Source of the DNA: Acidobacteriota bacterium
GTDB taxonomy: Bacteria > Acidobacteriota > Thermoanaerobaculia > Multivoradales > J023
Direction: 5' to 3'
NCBI GenBank assembly: GCA_029263395.1
Contig: JAJCXO010000162.1
Coordinates: 8,798-72,797 of the forward strand
Length of the DNA: 64,000 bases
Positions 37,763-46,729 of this stretch are shown piece by piece. How positions within the stretch are numbered: the first letter of the stretch is position 1; each line of letters starts with the position of its first letter. Below the pieces are notes generated by a model. That model ran no database searches. It had not been told where the DNA came from and was given only the letters and a program-made list of their open reading frames with translations. The translations under genes were made by a program, and so were the position numbers.

Positions 37763-38212
37763 TCAGGCGAAGCAGATTCGAGGAGGAGGACGCGGCAGGG
37801 CCGAAAAGTCGACCGGCTGGCGGTTTACTTCCGTCTGATCGGTAGCAACCACCCAACTGCTGGCGACTTGCTCTGAAGCCACGCCAACGCGGGTCTGCAA
37901 CAGCTGCTTGCCGCTACTGCGCTGCTCATGGACCGATGTTGCCAGGGTTGGGCAGGCGCTGCCCGGAGCTTTGACCTCGGGCCGGGATATCGACGGGTGG
38001 GACTCGTGCTTGGAGTGTTCCGCCGTCTCCCGGGCTGTGCAACAACACGACCGGTCGCCGGTCAGGCTGCAGGCCATGATGCACTCTTCACCGAAGCTGA
38101 AGGCATCGGGCGGCAGCTGCATCCACTGCAGGCTAAATGCCGCCCACAACACTACGAGCCCATGGCTGAAGCGATGTAGACGCAGACGGAGTCGAGATCT
38201 AGGCCGACACAT
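37763..38212 (-). CDS. Hypothetical small secreted Cys/His-rich protein (weak call)
   Basis: Possible signal peptide (RLRLRLHRFSHGLVVLWAAFSLQ), then 'CIMACSLTGDRSCCCTARETAEHSKHESHP'. It may be non-coding. Confidence 0.2.
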   Translation of the reverse strand: MCRPRSRLRLRLHRFSHGLVVLWAAFSLQWMQLPPDAFSFGEECIMACSLTGDRSCCCTARETAEHSKHESHPSISRPEVKAPGSACPTLATSVHEQRSSGKQLLQTRVGVASEQVASSWVVATDQTEVNRQPVDFSALPRPPPRICFA

Positions 38213-38259
38213 CAGACTGAGCCTATACCGTTTCCGTCCCCCAAAACACTGCCTGGCCC

Positions 38260-40776
38260 TTGAACACGTCACTATCGTCGCCAACCTCATGGATACGACG
38301 CGAGCAAACTCTCCGAACCCTCTATACTTCGCCCGTGGCACCTCGCTTCGATTTCCAAGAACGCAGCATCGATCTTGCTGTTGCTGACCTGCTCGACGCC
38401 AAGCTGCTGCGCTCGATCGGCTTTGCCGGCCGTGGCGGCTTCGAGCGGATGTGGCTCGGCCAAGCGATTCATAATCGTTATCAAGAGCAGGCGCTGGCGG
38501 AAGACCCAACCTATCGCCGCGAGGTCACGATCAAACACACCTTCGACCACCACGGTTGGCGGGTGACGATCCACGGCCGTATCGACGGCCTGCGTCGCGA
38601 CAAAGAAGGCGCCGTGGTGGTCGAAGAGATCAAGTCGGTACGCCGCGGCTCCCAGCTGCCACCGGCAACCCGCGAGTTGTACGAGAAGCAAGCGGCGCTC
38701 TACGCCCTGCTGCTGCACGAAACCGGCGAGCACCTACCTGCCAACGGTAGCTCCACCGTCAAGGTGGAACTGATCCTGATCGAAATCGGCAGCGATACAG
38801 TGGCGCGCCAACCCGTAACCTTCAACCTCAAACAGCTGGCGGAAGGGATCCACCGTCGTCTCAACAGCCTGATCCGCAGCTTTCGAAACGAGAAAAAGGC
38901 TCGCAAGGCGCGGTACGCGGCGGCCGAGAACCTGGAGTTCCCCTATCCCGAGAAACGGCTGGGCCAAGACACCATCATCGAAGCGGCAGCCCTAGCCCTA
39001 GAGCAGCGGGAACATCTGCTGATCGAGGCACCAACCGGCATCGGCAAAACCGTCGCCAGCTTGTACCCGGCGATGCAATTTGCCCTCGCCAACGACAAGA
39101 AAGTTTTTGTCCTCACCGCCAAGACGCTGCAACAGGATATGGCGACCGGCGTCTTGATGCTGCTCAATCAAGTTGGCGCCTTCCGCTCATTGCGCCTGCG
39201 GGCCAAGTCCAAGATGTGCGCCAACGACCAGGTGTTGTGCCACGAGGAGTATTGCAACTACGCCAAAGAGTATTACCTGAAGATGCAGCAGAGCCGTCTC
39301 ACCAAGCGGCTGCTGTTTGATCTCGAGACCCTCCAACCCGACGACATCTTCGCCGCCGCCCGTCGCGAAACCGTCTGCCCGTTCGAGGTCAGCCTAGAAC
39401 TTACCGGCCTGGTGCAGGCCGCGGTCTGCGACTACAACTACGCCTTCAATCCCTACGTTGCGCTGTCGGAGCTGTCGCCGGAGGCTGATCTTTCCAACAC
39501 TATCTTGATCATCGACGAGGCTCACAACCTGGTTGATCGTGGCCGCGGCTACTACAGCCCCACCTTGAGCTCAGTGGCGGCGCGGCGGGCCGGTGAAGCG
39601 GCCGGTAGCGGTGGTGCACCGATCCACGGCGAGCTCGCCAGCCTGTGTTTTGATCTCGAGCGCCTGATCTACGAAAACGTTTCGGACGCCCAACCCCCTG
39701 GCGATCCCCAGTCCTGGGCACTCGAGCAATCATTACCCGAGGATGAACTATGGCGGCTGCGTCACAAACTCGACCACGCCTTCGTCGACTACCTCGAACA
39801 CCGACGCGAAACTCGGACGTTGACCGCTGACGACCTCTTCGTCGAGCTCTACTTCGACTTTCTCAAGTTTCTCAACGCGTTGGTGTTGTCGGACAACGCC
39901 TTCAGCCACACCTTCGAACGGAACCAGCAGGACTACAGCTTTCGTATCTTGTGCAAAGATCCCAGCCGCTTCCTGGGCGGTGTGATCAACCGCTGCCATT
40001 CGGTCTTGGCGCTCTCCGCCACCCTTTCACCGCACGAGTTCTACCGTGACCTATTGGGTTTTGATCCTGCCCGCACCGTGCCGCTTTCAGTGCCCAATCC
40101 GTTTCCAATCGAAAACCGCAAAGTAGTGGTCGACACCAGCGTCGCCACCACCTGGCGCGAACGCCCCGAGAACTACCCCAAGATTGCCCACCGTCTCGCC
40201 GGATTCGCCGACGCGGTCCCCGGCAACTGCTTAGCACTCTTCCCTAGTTACGCGTTCTTGAGTGAAGTGGCCGGCCAGCTATCGACCGCACGGAAGCGCG
40301 TCCTGTTGCAGAGCCGAGGCGACAGCGACAACCAACGCCAAGACATTCTCGACACCTTACGCGAAGCGATTTTCGGCGACGTTCTCCTGCTGGCCGTAGC
40401 GGGCGGTGTGTTCGCCGAAGGTGTCGACTACCCCGGTGATGTGCTCAAGGCGGTTGCCGTCGTCGGCCCGTGCCTGCCGGCGGTCACCCTCGAACAGCAG
40501 CTTCTTCAGGCCTACTACGACGAACGGTTCGAGCGCGGCTTCGAATACGCCTTCGTCGTCCCTGGCATGACCCGCGTCGTCCAGGCCGCCGGCCGCCTCA
40601 TCCGCTCGCCCAAAGACACCGGCGTCATCGCCCTCTTCGATAAACGTTTCTTATGGTCCACCTACCGCAAACACCTGCCCCTCGACTGGACCCCCGAGGG
40701 TGGCCACCGGAGCTTGGCAGGCGATCCAGATGAGGTCGCGAAGACTTTCTTCGAGATGGTCGACGAGCGGGATTGA
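38260..40776 (+). CDS. DinG/XPD(Rad3)-family ATP-dependent DNA helicase with N-terminal PD-(D/E)xK nuclease domain
   Basis: N-terminus: IDGL-(x9)-VVVEEIK is a PD-(D/E)xK motif. Helicase region: Walker A (APTGIGKT), DEAH-like (IIDEAHN) and a 4-Cys Fe-S insertion (MCANDQVLCHEEYCNY...VCPFE). Confidence 0.8.
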   Translation: MNTSLSSPTSWIRREQTLRTLYTSPVAPRFDFQERSIDLAVADLLDAKLLRSIGFAGRGGFERMWLGQAIHNRYQEQALAEDPTYRREVTIKHTFDHHGWRVTIHGRIDGLRRDKEGAVVVEEIKSVRRGSQLPPATRELYEKQAALYALLLHETGEHLPANGSSTVKVELILIEIGSDTVARQPVTFNLKQLAEGIHRRLNSLIRSFRNEKKARKARYAAAENLEFPYPEKRLGQDTIIEAAALALEQREHLLIEAPTGIGKTVASLYPAMQFALANDKKVFVLTAKTLQQDMATGVLMLLNQVGAFRSLRLRAKSKMCANDQVLCHEEYCNYAKEYYLKMQQSRLTKRLLFDLETLQPDDIFAAARRETVCPFEVSLELTGLVQAAVCDYNYAFNPYVALSELSPEADLSNTILIIDEAHNLVDRGRGYYSPTLSSVAARRAGEAAGSGGAPIHGELASLCFDLERLIYENVSDAQPPGDPQSWALEQSLPEDELWRLRHKLDHAFVDYLEHRRETRTLTADDLFVELYFDFLKFLNALVLSDNAFSHTFERNQQDYSFRILCKDPSRFLGGVINRCHSVLALSATLSPHEFYRDLLGFDPARTVPLSVPNPFPIENRKVVVDTSVATTWRERPENYPKIAHRLAGFADAVPGNCLALFPSYAFLSEVAGQLSTARKRVLLQSRGDSDNQRQDILDTLREAIFGDVLLLAVAGGVFAEGVDYPGDVLKAVAVVGPCLPAVTLEQQLLQAYYDERFERGFEYAFVVPGMTRVVQAAGRLIRSPKDTGVIALFDKRFLWSTYRKHLPLDWTPEGGHRSLAGDPDEVAKTFFEMVDERD

Positions 40777-40823
40777 GCTGAACACTGCAAGCCGTACGCC
40801 TAGAGGGTCGATGACAACAGCCG

Positions 40824-41060
40824 TCACCGGCGGTCGGCATCCCGAGGCAGAAGAGTCTCAGCCGACGAGATTCGTGTAGGGGTACCCTCCTTACGAGCGC
40901 GGACTCTCTGCAGCCACTGCGACGGTGAGGGGCGTCGTGCCAGGCGTTCCAGCTCACCCAGAAGATACTCCTGCATCGACTTTCGCTCACTCGCTGCATG
41001 CCTAGCGAGTTCGTCGTGAACCTCGTCAGGCACTCCACTAATCGTGATTTCTACAGGCAT
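40824..41060 (-). CDS. Ribbon-helix-helix (Arc/MetJ-type) protein, FitA/VapB-like antitoxin or regulator with no adjacent toxin
   Basis: 'MPVEITISGVPDEVHDELARHAASERKSMQEYL' is an RHH N-terminus. No toxin gene lies downstream on this strand. Confidence 0.5.
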   Translation of the reverse strand: MPVEITISGVPDEVHDELARHAASERKSMQEYLLGELERLARRPSPSQWLQRVRARKEGTPTRISSAETLLPRDADRR

Positions 41061-41327
41061 CAGATCAAAGTACCAGCAGTTCCAGCAATCTCCAAAGAAA
41101 CTGTGAGCCTACAACCTCATCGAAAGCTCGGGGGCCAAAGTAGGGCTCCGTTGCCTGGCAGGGGACTCAGGCTTGGTCACCAAGGCGCTCCGAGAACGGG
41201 CCTGAATCCGTGGTGGAGCTTCGAAGGACCGGCCCGCCCCCCGCGTGGTAGGCTCGTTAAGGGAATCGAGACGACCACCTTGGCGGTAGACCGCGAACCA
41301 CGCTCGATCACAAGACTGGAGATCACT

Positions 41328-41585
41328 ATGCACCAGGCCACCAGCCGGAAAGTTACTCTTTCACTGCCGGAAGATCTCGTCGCTTTTGCGGACGCAAAAG
41401 CTGGCGAGCGCGGCACCACCCGAAGCCACCTTATCGGCGTTCTCTTGGCGGAGCTGCGAACACGCGAGGAGGACCTCCTGGCGAAGGAAGGCTATCGATT
41501 CTACGCGCAGGAGGCAGCGGAGTTCGCCGAGATGTCCTCCATCGCAGCGGCGGAGGCTCTAGACGATGACCGTCCAACGCGGTGA
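41328..41585 (+). CDS. RHH-type antitoxin (MazE/CopG-like) of the MazF pair
   Basis: 'SRKVTLSLPEDLVAFADAKAGERGTTRSHLIGVLL'. It overlaps the toxin gene by 20 nt. GGAG Shine-Dalgarno upstream. Confidence 0.6.
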   Translation: MHQATSRKVTLSLPEDLVAFADAKAGERGTTRSHLIGVLLAELRTREEDLLAKEGYRFYAQEAAEFAEMSSIAAAEALDDDRPTR

Positions 41586-41946
41586 GATCTACTGGGTTGA
41601 GTTCGACCCGGTAAAGGGAAGTGAACAGAGCGGTCTCCGCCCTGCTTTGGTCGTACAACAAGATGTTGGCAACCAGCACAGCCCCACAACAATCGTCGCC
41701 GCGATCACCCGCACCGTGCCGCCTCGGCCCTACCCTTTCACGGTCCTGATAGAACCGGAGGAGAGCGGTCTCGGTCAACGAGGTGTCGTCAATTGCGCCC
41801 AGCTCGCCACGATTCAGCAGTCTGGCTCGCAATCACGTTTGCGGCCACCACGTAACGAAAAGCTCTTGCGCCCGCTCGGTCGCCTGTCACGCGCAAGAAT
41901 GCTAGCCGTAGATCGAGCTTTGAAATACAACTTGGGACTCGCCTAG
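41566..41946 (+). CDS. MazF/PemK-family endoribonuclease toxin
   Basis: 'RGEIYWVEFDPVKGSEQSGLRPALVVQ' is the canonical PemK/MazF N-terminus. Confidence 0.85.
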   Translation: MTVQRGEIYWVEFDPVKGSEQSGLRPALVVQQDVGNQHSPTTIVAAITRTVPPRPYPFTVLIEPEESGLGQRGVVNCAQLATIQQSGSQSRLRPPRNEKLLRPLGRLSRARMLAVDRALKYNLGLA

Positions 41947-42107
41947 AGCAGGCTGTGGTGAAAGTGCCCCGCGCTGAGAGCGAGGGATTTTTCGCCAAAT
42001 CAAGGCTTGAAATCGCATGGATATTGGTGATCTCTAGAGATTTCTTAACGCAGAGTTGGCGGAAAAGGACCGTTCTCAGCGTGGTCTGACTTTTGCCACA
42101 GCCTGCT
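41947..42107. repeat. ~160-bp imperfect long palindrome: nested inverted repeats (outer AGCAGGCTGTGG/CCACAGCCTGCT, inner CGCTGAGAGCG/CGTTCTCAGCG) around a central ATCTCTAGAGAT
   Basis: Read directly. It starts at the mazF stop. The region has lower GC than its surroundings. Confidence 0.6.
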
Positions 42108-42248
42108 AGCTATCGAAAATTCGCCCAAGGAGTCGACGGTCAAGATTGTGCTGAGGACGGCAAGCCTTACACCAACATCATCGGCCAAAGTGTGCCGGAA
42201 CGGTGGCGTGAACTCGTCCTCACCCCTGAGGAACGCCCCTAGCAACTT

Positions 42249-42490
42249 TCAACTCGCATTCCTCACCATTGAGAAACGCCACCTGAGAGGCTGAACTCGC
42301 GTTCCTCACCATTGAGGAACACTGCGCGAGCGGCCCGACTCACCTTCCTCAGCGTTGGGCAGGTGACCTCGGCAACTCAGGTCGCTCGCCTCACCGTCAA
42401 GAGCGGCTTCGGAGGGACTCAGGTCACTCGCCTCACCGTCAAGTGCGGCTTCGGAGGGACTCAGGTCACTCGCCTCACCGTTCCAGCAAG
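42249..42490. repeat. Array of ~5-6 degenerate ~42-bp tandem repeats sharing a CCTCACC-N-T-N-AG core
   Basis: AACTCGCRTTCCTCACCATTGAGRAAC x2 at 42-bp spacing. Then CAGGTCACTCGCCTCACCGTCAAGTGCGGCTTCGGAGGGACT x2.6 (a 42-bp unit). A perfect 14-bp palindrome GCGACTCGAGTCGC lies just downstream (~42578). Confidence 0.65.
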
Positions 42491-42648
42491 GATTTCGCCG
42501 GACGATGAAGGCTTCCTCAATGGTGGGGCGACGTTCTGAGCCCGCAACAGGTGACCCTCAGCGGTGAGGCAAGCCAGCCGAGCGACTCGAGTCGCTCTGC
42601 TGACCGTGAAGACCCAAGCGACAGTACGGGTGGTCGCAGACGCATTGG

Positions 42649-43119
42649 TTGTCTGGCCTCTCGTCCAATGCCGCCGCCCAGCCCTCGAGCATAGACGTTT
42701 GTCACAGTGCACAGGTAATCGAGGGCAATTCATCGTGGCGAGACCTGGGTTTTGATGCTTTCGCAACCCGTTACTTCAGAGTGAACCTGACCGAACCCGG
42801 CCAGTTGATGATTGACGTCACACCTCTCGACACAACCCTTGTGGAACCCAAACTCGAGTTTTATGGCCGATCCTGCGGCGACTTCGACTCTAGCTTTGAA
42901 ACACAAAAAAGTCTTGAAATACGAAAGGCCGTCACGCTGCGTTATGCGTTGACGGGTTTGATCCTTTCAGTTGATCAGCCAGGAGACTTCTTCTTTCGGG
43001 TAGCAGCACAAAATCGTGCGGAACCTTTGATGGGATTTGTTCTCCATAGCCGTTTTGTTGCTGAGCCTGCCTTCTCGTTCAAAGACATCGTGGAATCTGA
43101 ACAAGACCCAGACCTATAA
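42649..43119 (+). CDS. Hypothetical protein, possibly PPC (pre-peptidase C-terminal)-like beta-sandwich
   Basis: 'YFRVNLTEPGQLMIDVTPLDTTLVEPKLEFYGRSCGD' loosely resembles PPC-domain motifs. No signal peptide. Weak. Confidence 0.3.
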   Translation: MSGLSSNAAAQPSSIDVCHSAQVIEGNSSWRDLGFDAFATRYFRVNLTEPGQLMIDVTPLDTTLVEPKLEFYGRSCGDFDSSFETQKSLEIRKAVTLRYALTGLILSVDQPGDFFFRVAAQNRAEPLMGFVLHSRFVAEPAFSFKDIVESEQDPDL

Positions 43120-43224
43120 AGCCGGCTTTAGCCGGCGAAGCCTTAGAGCTCGGGGATTTATCCCCGAGCGGAGGTGACACCTGTTGCTTGGAGAGGAACC
43201 GCCAACGGGCCTCACCACTGGCGA

Positions 43225-45741
43225 CTAGCGAAGCTCACTTCTATCACGTAGGACCGGCGGCTTTCCCCAAGCCTCGTAGAGTTCAACCAGACGTTGCCGA
43301 GCATCGCGGGTGTAGACCGAGCTTGGCCCTTTTTGCTCTAGCAACGCCCGGTGACTGGTGATCAACAACGGTTCGGCTTCTACAAATTGACTTTGGGCAG
43401 TCAGTACCGCCCCCAACACACTGCGGGTATCGGCGAGTCGCCAATAGTCTTCCGGTCGGGTGGCCTGTAGGCTGGTCAACGCTTGCTGAGCCAGCTTGCT
43501 GGCGGCGTCTGGCTGTCCGAGGTCGAGCAACAGGTTAGCCAGGTTACGACGCGAGACCGCTACATCGTGATGCGCTGCTCCCAACTCTCGCAGTCGAATC
43601 TCCAACACTTTTCGAAACAGTGTTTCCGACTCGGAGGTGTCACCCAAACGATGTAAGCAGACGGCCAGATTATTGAGGCTCTTGGCCACCTCGAGATGGT
43701 CTTCACCGAAAATCTGACGCCGTTGATCCGCCACCTCTCTGAAGAGGTCCGCAGCTTTTTGATACGCACCGCGGTGATAACTCAGACGTGCCACATGCTG
43801 CAGGCTCTGCACCAGATCCGCGGCATTCGGTTCGAGCTTGGTACGGCGGATCTCGAGGGCCTGGTGAAACAGGGTTGCCGCTTCTTCGGTCCGGCCTTGG
43901 CTTTCGAGCAGTGTCCCAAGGTTGCTGAGCCCACGCGCCACCTGTAGATCGTCTTGGCCCACGAGCCGATACTTCATCTCCAAGGACTCGCGGTAAAGCG
44001 TCTCGGCTTCGGCTAGCTCGCCGAGATCTTGCAACAGCCCGGCGTAGTTGTTCAACGCCAGGGCCAGCCGGCGATCGTCTCGACCGTCGAAGTGACGGCG
44101 TAGGTTGTCGAGGGCGGTGCGCATCAAGAGTTGGGCTTCCGGGATCTCGTCTTGCCAACGATGCATATAGCCGAGGTTGAACATGGTCTCAGCCACCCGT
44201 GGATCGTCACCGCCGTAGAGCCGGCGCTGGATCTCCAACGACTCGTCAATCAGCGATTCGGCAATCTCCAACGATCCGAGGGCGCCATAGGTCCGACCCA
44301 GGGTCTCCAATACCCGGGCCTGCAACTCCGGCTCATCACCGAGCGACTTGGCGAGCCGTTCCTTAGCCTGATCGATCACACGCCGCGGATTGGGCTTCTG
44401 GCGCGGATCCGGCGACTGCAAGGTTTCTTCCAGGAAAGCCACCACGGTTTCGACCCGCTGGCGCTCGCTCGAGGTTTGGAGCGTCGAACGCGCCAAACCG
44501 ACTCCAAGGGCGAGCAGAGCGGCGGCCACCAGGATTTCTACCTTGCGGCGCCAAACAAATTTAGTGAAGGGATACCACAGCGTGCCGTGTCGTGCAGCCA
44601 CCGGAAGACCGTCGAGATGGCGTTGGATCTCTGCGGCCAACTCGGCGGCGGAGCCGTAACGCTCGGCCGGGTCACGGCAGAGCGTCTTGAGCACGATGGC
44701 ATCGAGATCACCTTGTAGCTGCCGTTTCAATCCTCGGGGATCACACCCCCGGGCTCGGCTCGAGACCTCCGGCGCCAGCTCCGGTCGCCCGGCAATTGCG
44801 GTCCCCACGACCACCGAGCTGGCACGGCGGGGCGGCTCACCTGAGGCCGGCCTCAGGCTAGGTGCGGTGGCGAGGTCGAGATCCCAGGGCAGGCGTCCGG
44901 TCAACAGACTGTAGAGCAACACTCCGAGGGAATAGAGATCACTCGCGGTGGTGATGGCTTCCCCCATCAGCTGCTCGGGGCTGGCGTAGCTGAGAGTCAT
45001 CGGCGCTAGCCCGGTGGTGGTCTCGGGCGCCGACTCGGTAGCGAGTAGCTTGGCAACCCCAAAGTCGAGCAGCTTGGGTATCGCATCCTCGGTCACCAGG
45101 ATGTTCGAGGGTTTGATGTCGCGATGCACGACTAGGTTTAGGTGCGCAAACGCCACCGCCTCGCAGACCTTACTAAACAGCTCGAGCCGTTGGCGGATCG
45201 AATATGCTCGGGTGTCGCAATAGTGATCGATGCGCTCACCTTCAACGTGCTCCATCACGAAGTATGGGCGTCCATCGTCGGTGGTGCCGCCATCGAGCAG
45301 CCGGGCGATGAAAGGGTGTTCGAGCTGGGCCAGGATCCGACGCTCGTGCACAAAACGGCGTGCAATCTCGTCGCTGCCGTGGCCATGGATCAGCTTGATG
45401 GCCACCTGCGCTTGGTAGTCGTCCTCGCGGACAGCAAGGTAGACCTGTCCCATGCCACCGCTGCCGATTTGGCGTTCGAGACGATAGGGGCCAAGTCGAC
45501 GACCAGCGTCCTGGCCCGCCGTCGGTTCGGGCACGCGGAGCTTCAGACATGGCTCTTCGATAAATTCACCAATCTCTGATTCGAGAGCGAGAAACGCCTC
45601 GACTTCCTCACGCAAGGACGGATCGTTGCCACAACGCGCGGCGAGCAGCCTTTCACGCTCGGCGGATGGCAAGATCAGGGCTTCGGCGAGGATCGCCTGA
45701 ATCTGGCTCCAACGGTCGCTCGACCAACCCGTCGCGGCCAC
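43225..45741 (-). CDS. Membrane Ser/Thr protein kinase with extracytoplasmic C-terminal TPR domain
   Basis: VAIKLI, HRDIKPSNIL, DFGVAK, ASPEQ. TM helix (VEILVAAALLALGVGLA). TPR repeats. Confidence 0.9.
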   Translation of the reverse strand: MAATGWSSDRWSQIQAILAEALILPSAERERLLAARCGNDPSLREEVEAFLALESEIGEFIEEPCLKLRVPEPTAGQDAGRRLGPYRLERQIGSGGMGQVYLAVREDDYQAQVAIKLIHGHGSDEIARRFVHERRILAQLEHPFIARLLDGGTTDDGRPYFVMEHVEGERIDHYCDTRAYSIRQRLELFSKVCEAVAFAHLNLVVHRDIKPSNILVTEDAIPKLLDFGVAKLLATESAPETTTGLAPMTLSYASPEQLMGEAITTASDLYSLGVLLYSLLTGRLPWDLDLATAPSLRPASGEPPRRASSVVVGTAIAGRPELAPEVSSRARGCDPRGLKRQLQGDLDAIVLKTLCRDPAERYGSAAELAAEIQRHLDGLPVAARHGTLWYPFTKFVWRRKVEILVAAALLALGVGLARSTLQTSSERQRVETVVAFLEETLQSPDPRQKPNPRRVIDQAKERLAKSLGDEPELQARVLETLGRTYGALGSLEIAESLIDESLEIQRRLYGGDDPRVAETMFNLGYMHRWQDEIPEAQLLMRTALDNLRRHFDGRDDRRLALALNNYAGLLQDLGELAEAETLYRESLEMKYRLVGQDDLQVARGLSNLGTLLESQGRTEEAATLFHQALEIRRTKLEPNAADLVQSLQHVARLSYHRGAYQKAADLFREVADQRRQIFGEDHLEVAKSLNNLAVCLHRLGDTSESETLFRKVLEIRLRELGAAHHDVAVSRRNLANLLLDLGQPDAASKLAQQALTSLQATRPEDYWRLADTRSVLGAVLTAQSQFVEAEPLLITSHRALLEQKGPSSVYTRDARQRLVELYEAWGKPPVLRDRSELR

Positions 45742-45754
45742 CTACATCTCCCGA

Positions 45755-46729
45755 TCAGTGCACGTCGCGACGCGACTCGGAAACATCGTCGCGAGGCGAC
45801 TCGGAAGCACCCTCGCGGCGCATCTCATAGAAGAGGAACCGCCGTGCCATCGCAAAGTCTCGTTTGACCGTCATCGTGGAGACGTCGAGTAAGTCGGCAA
45901 TCTCCTCATGGGTCAAGCCACCAAAAAAGCGCATCTCGACCACCTCCGACTGACGTGGCGCGATCTGCCGGAGACACTCCAGGGCATCTTGCAACGCGAT
46001 CAGATCAAGCGACGTTTCATTGGCAATCTCGAGGTCGGGTCCCAGGGAGACCCGGACGACACCGCCACCGCGGCCATCTTCCGGCATCTTGGAAATCACC
46101 GTCAGTGGCTCGCTGCTGGTGACGTTGCCAAAGGTAATGGTGGCCCCGGAGGTCCGGCTCGGCCAGGGTTCGCGGACCGCATACCGCAGATAATCGGCGT
46201 CCCACTCGTGGCCCCGGGTGGCATGATCAGCACCGTTCTGACCCCTACCGTGGCGTCCAATACCGTGCTCTCCCGAAAGAGACGTTGCGATACACGCAGC
46301 GCCGGTGACGATGCTACGCATCCAGCCGGTAGAGCCAAGCCCGGTCGAAACGATGATCCCGCTGGACGATTGGTTCTCGGCATGTTCGCCGATACGGATT
46401 TCATACCGTGCCGAAGTGTGGCTGCGAGGACCGATAAACAGATCATTGACGCCGTAGAGCACTTCACCGGTATTCAAGGTCACCTGCGCCATCGTCACAT
46501 GGCGTATCGGGCGTCGACGCTCGAAGGTTTCGAGCACTACCGACTCGAGGTGTCCCACCTCGAACGGCAGCAGTACCCCCTCCCACCGTTCGACGTCGGG
46601 ATTGACGCCGATCAGCCATTGTCCGTCCAAGTACTTCAATACGTTCGCCACCAAACCATCCTGCCCGAGGGCAACCACCGTATCGCTGGCCCCGAACATG
46701 AAGTTCGGCAAGAAGGCACGATTCACCAC
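45755..46729 (-). CDS. Fusion protein: N-terminally truncated NAD-kinase-like domain + C-terminal sigma-70 region-4 HTH
   Basis: N-terminal ~230 aa aligns by eye to NadK motifs. GGDG becomes 'LGQDGLV'. NE/D becomes 'VNDLFI'. 'DGLIISTPTGSTAYS' becomes 'SGIIVSTGLGSTGWMRS'. The C-terminal ~70 aa is ECF region 4 (VEMRFFGGLTHEEIADLLDVSTMTVKRDFAMARRFL). GTG start. An in-frame stop 22 codons upstream limits any N-terminal extension. It occupies the position that the ECF sigma holds in the other two kinase loci. Confidence 0.55.
   Translation of the reverse strand: MVNRAFLPNFMFGASDTVVALGQDGLVANVLKYLDGQWLIGVNPDVERWEGVLLPFEVGHLESVVLETFERRRPIRHVTMAQVTLNTGEVLYGVNDLFIGPRSHTSARYEIRIGEHAENQSSSGIIVSTGLGSTGWMRSIVTGAACIATSLSGEHGIGRHGRGQNGADHATRGHEWDADYLRYAVREPWPSRTSGATITFGNVTSSEPLTVISKMPEDGRGGGVVRVSLGPDLEIANETSLDLIALQDALECLRQIAPRQSEVVEMRFFGGLTHEEIADLLDVSTMTVKRDFAMARRFLFYEMRREGASESPRDDVSESRRDVH

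Noticed and set aside
37730-37765. tRNA-like T-arm ('GGTTCGAACGG')
   Set aside because: It does not match the GGTTCGAATCC T-loop consensus in context. No acceptor stem or CCA-compatible 3' end can be drawn.
42312-42539. ORF encoding a repetitive 'GFGGTQVTRLTVK' protein
   Set aside because: The ORF is just the translation of the 42-bp DNA tandem repeats. It has a TTG start with no Shine-Dalgarno. The repeat pattern is better explained at the DNA level.
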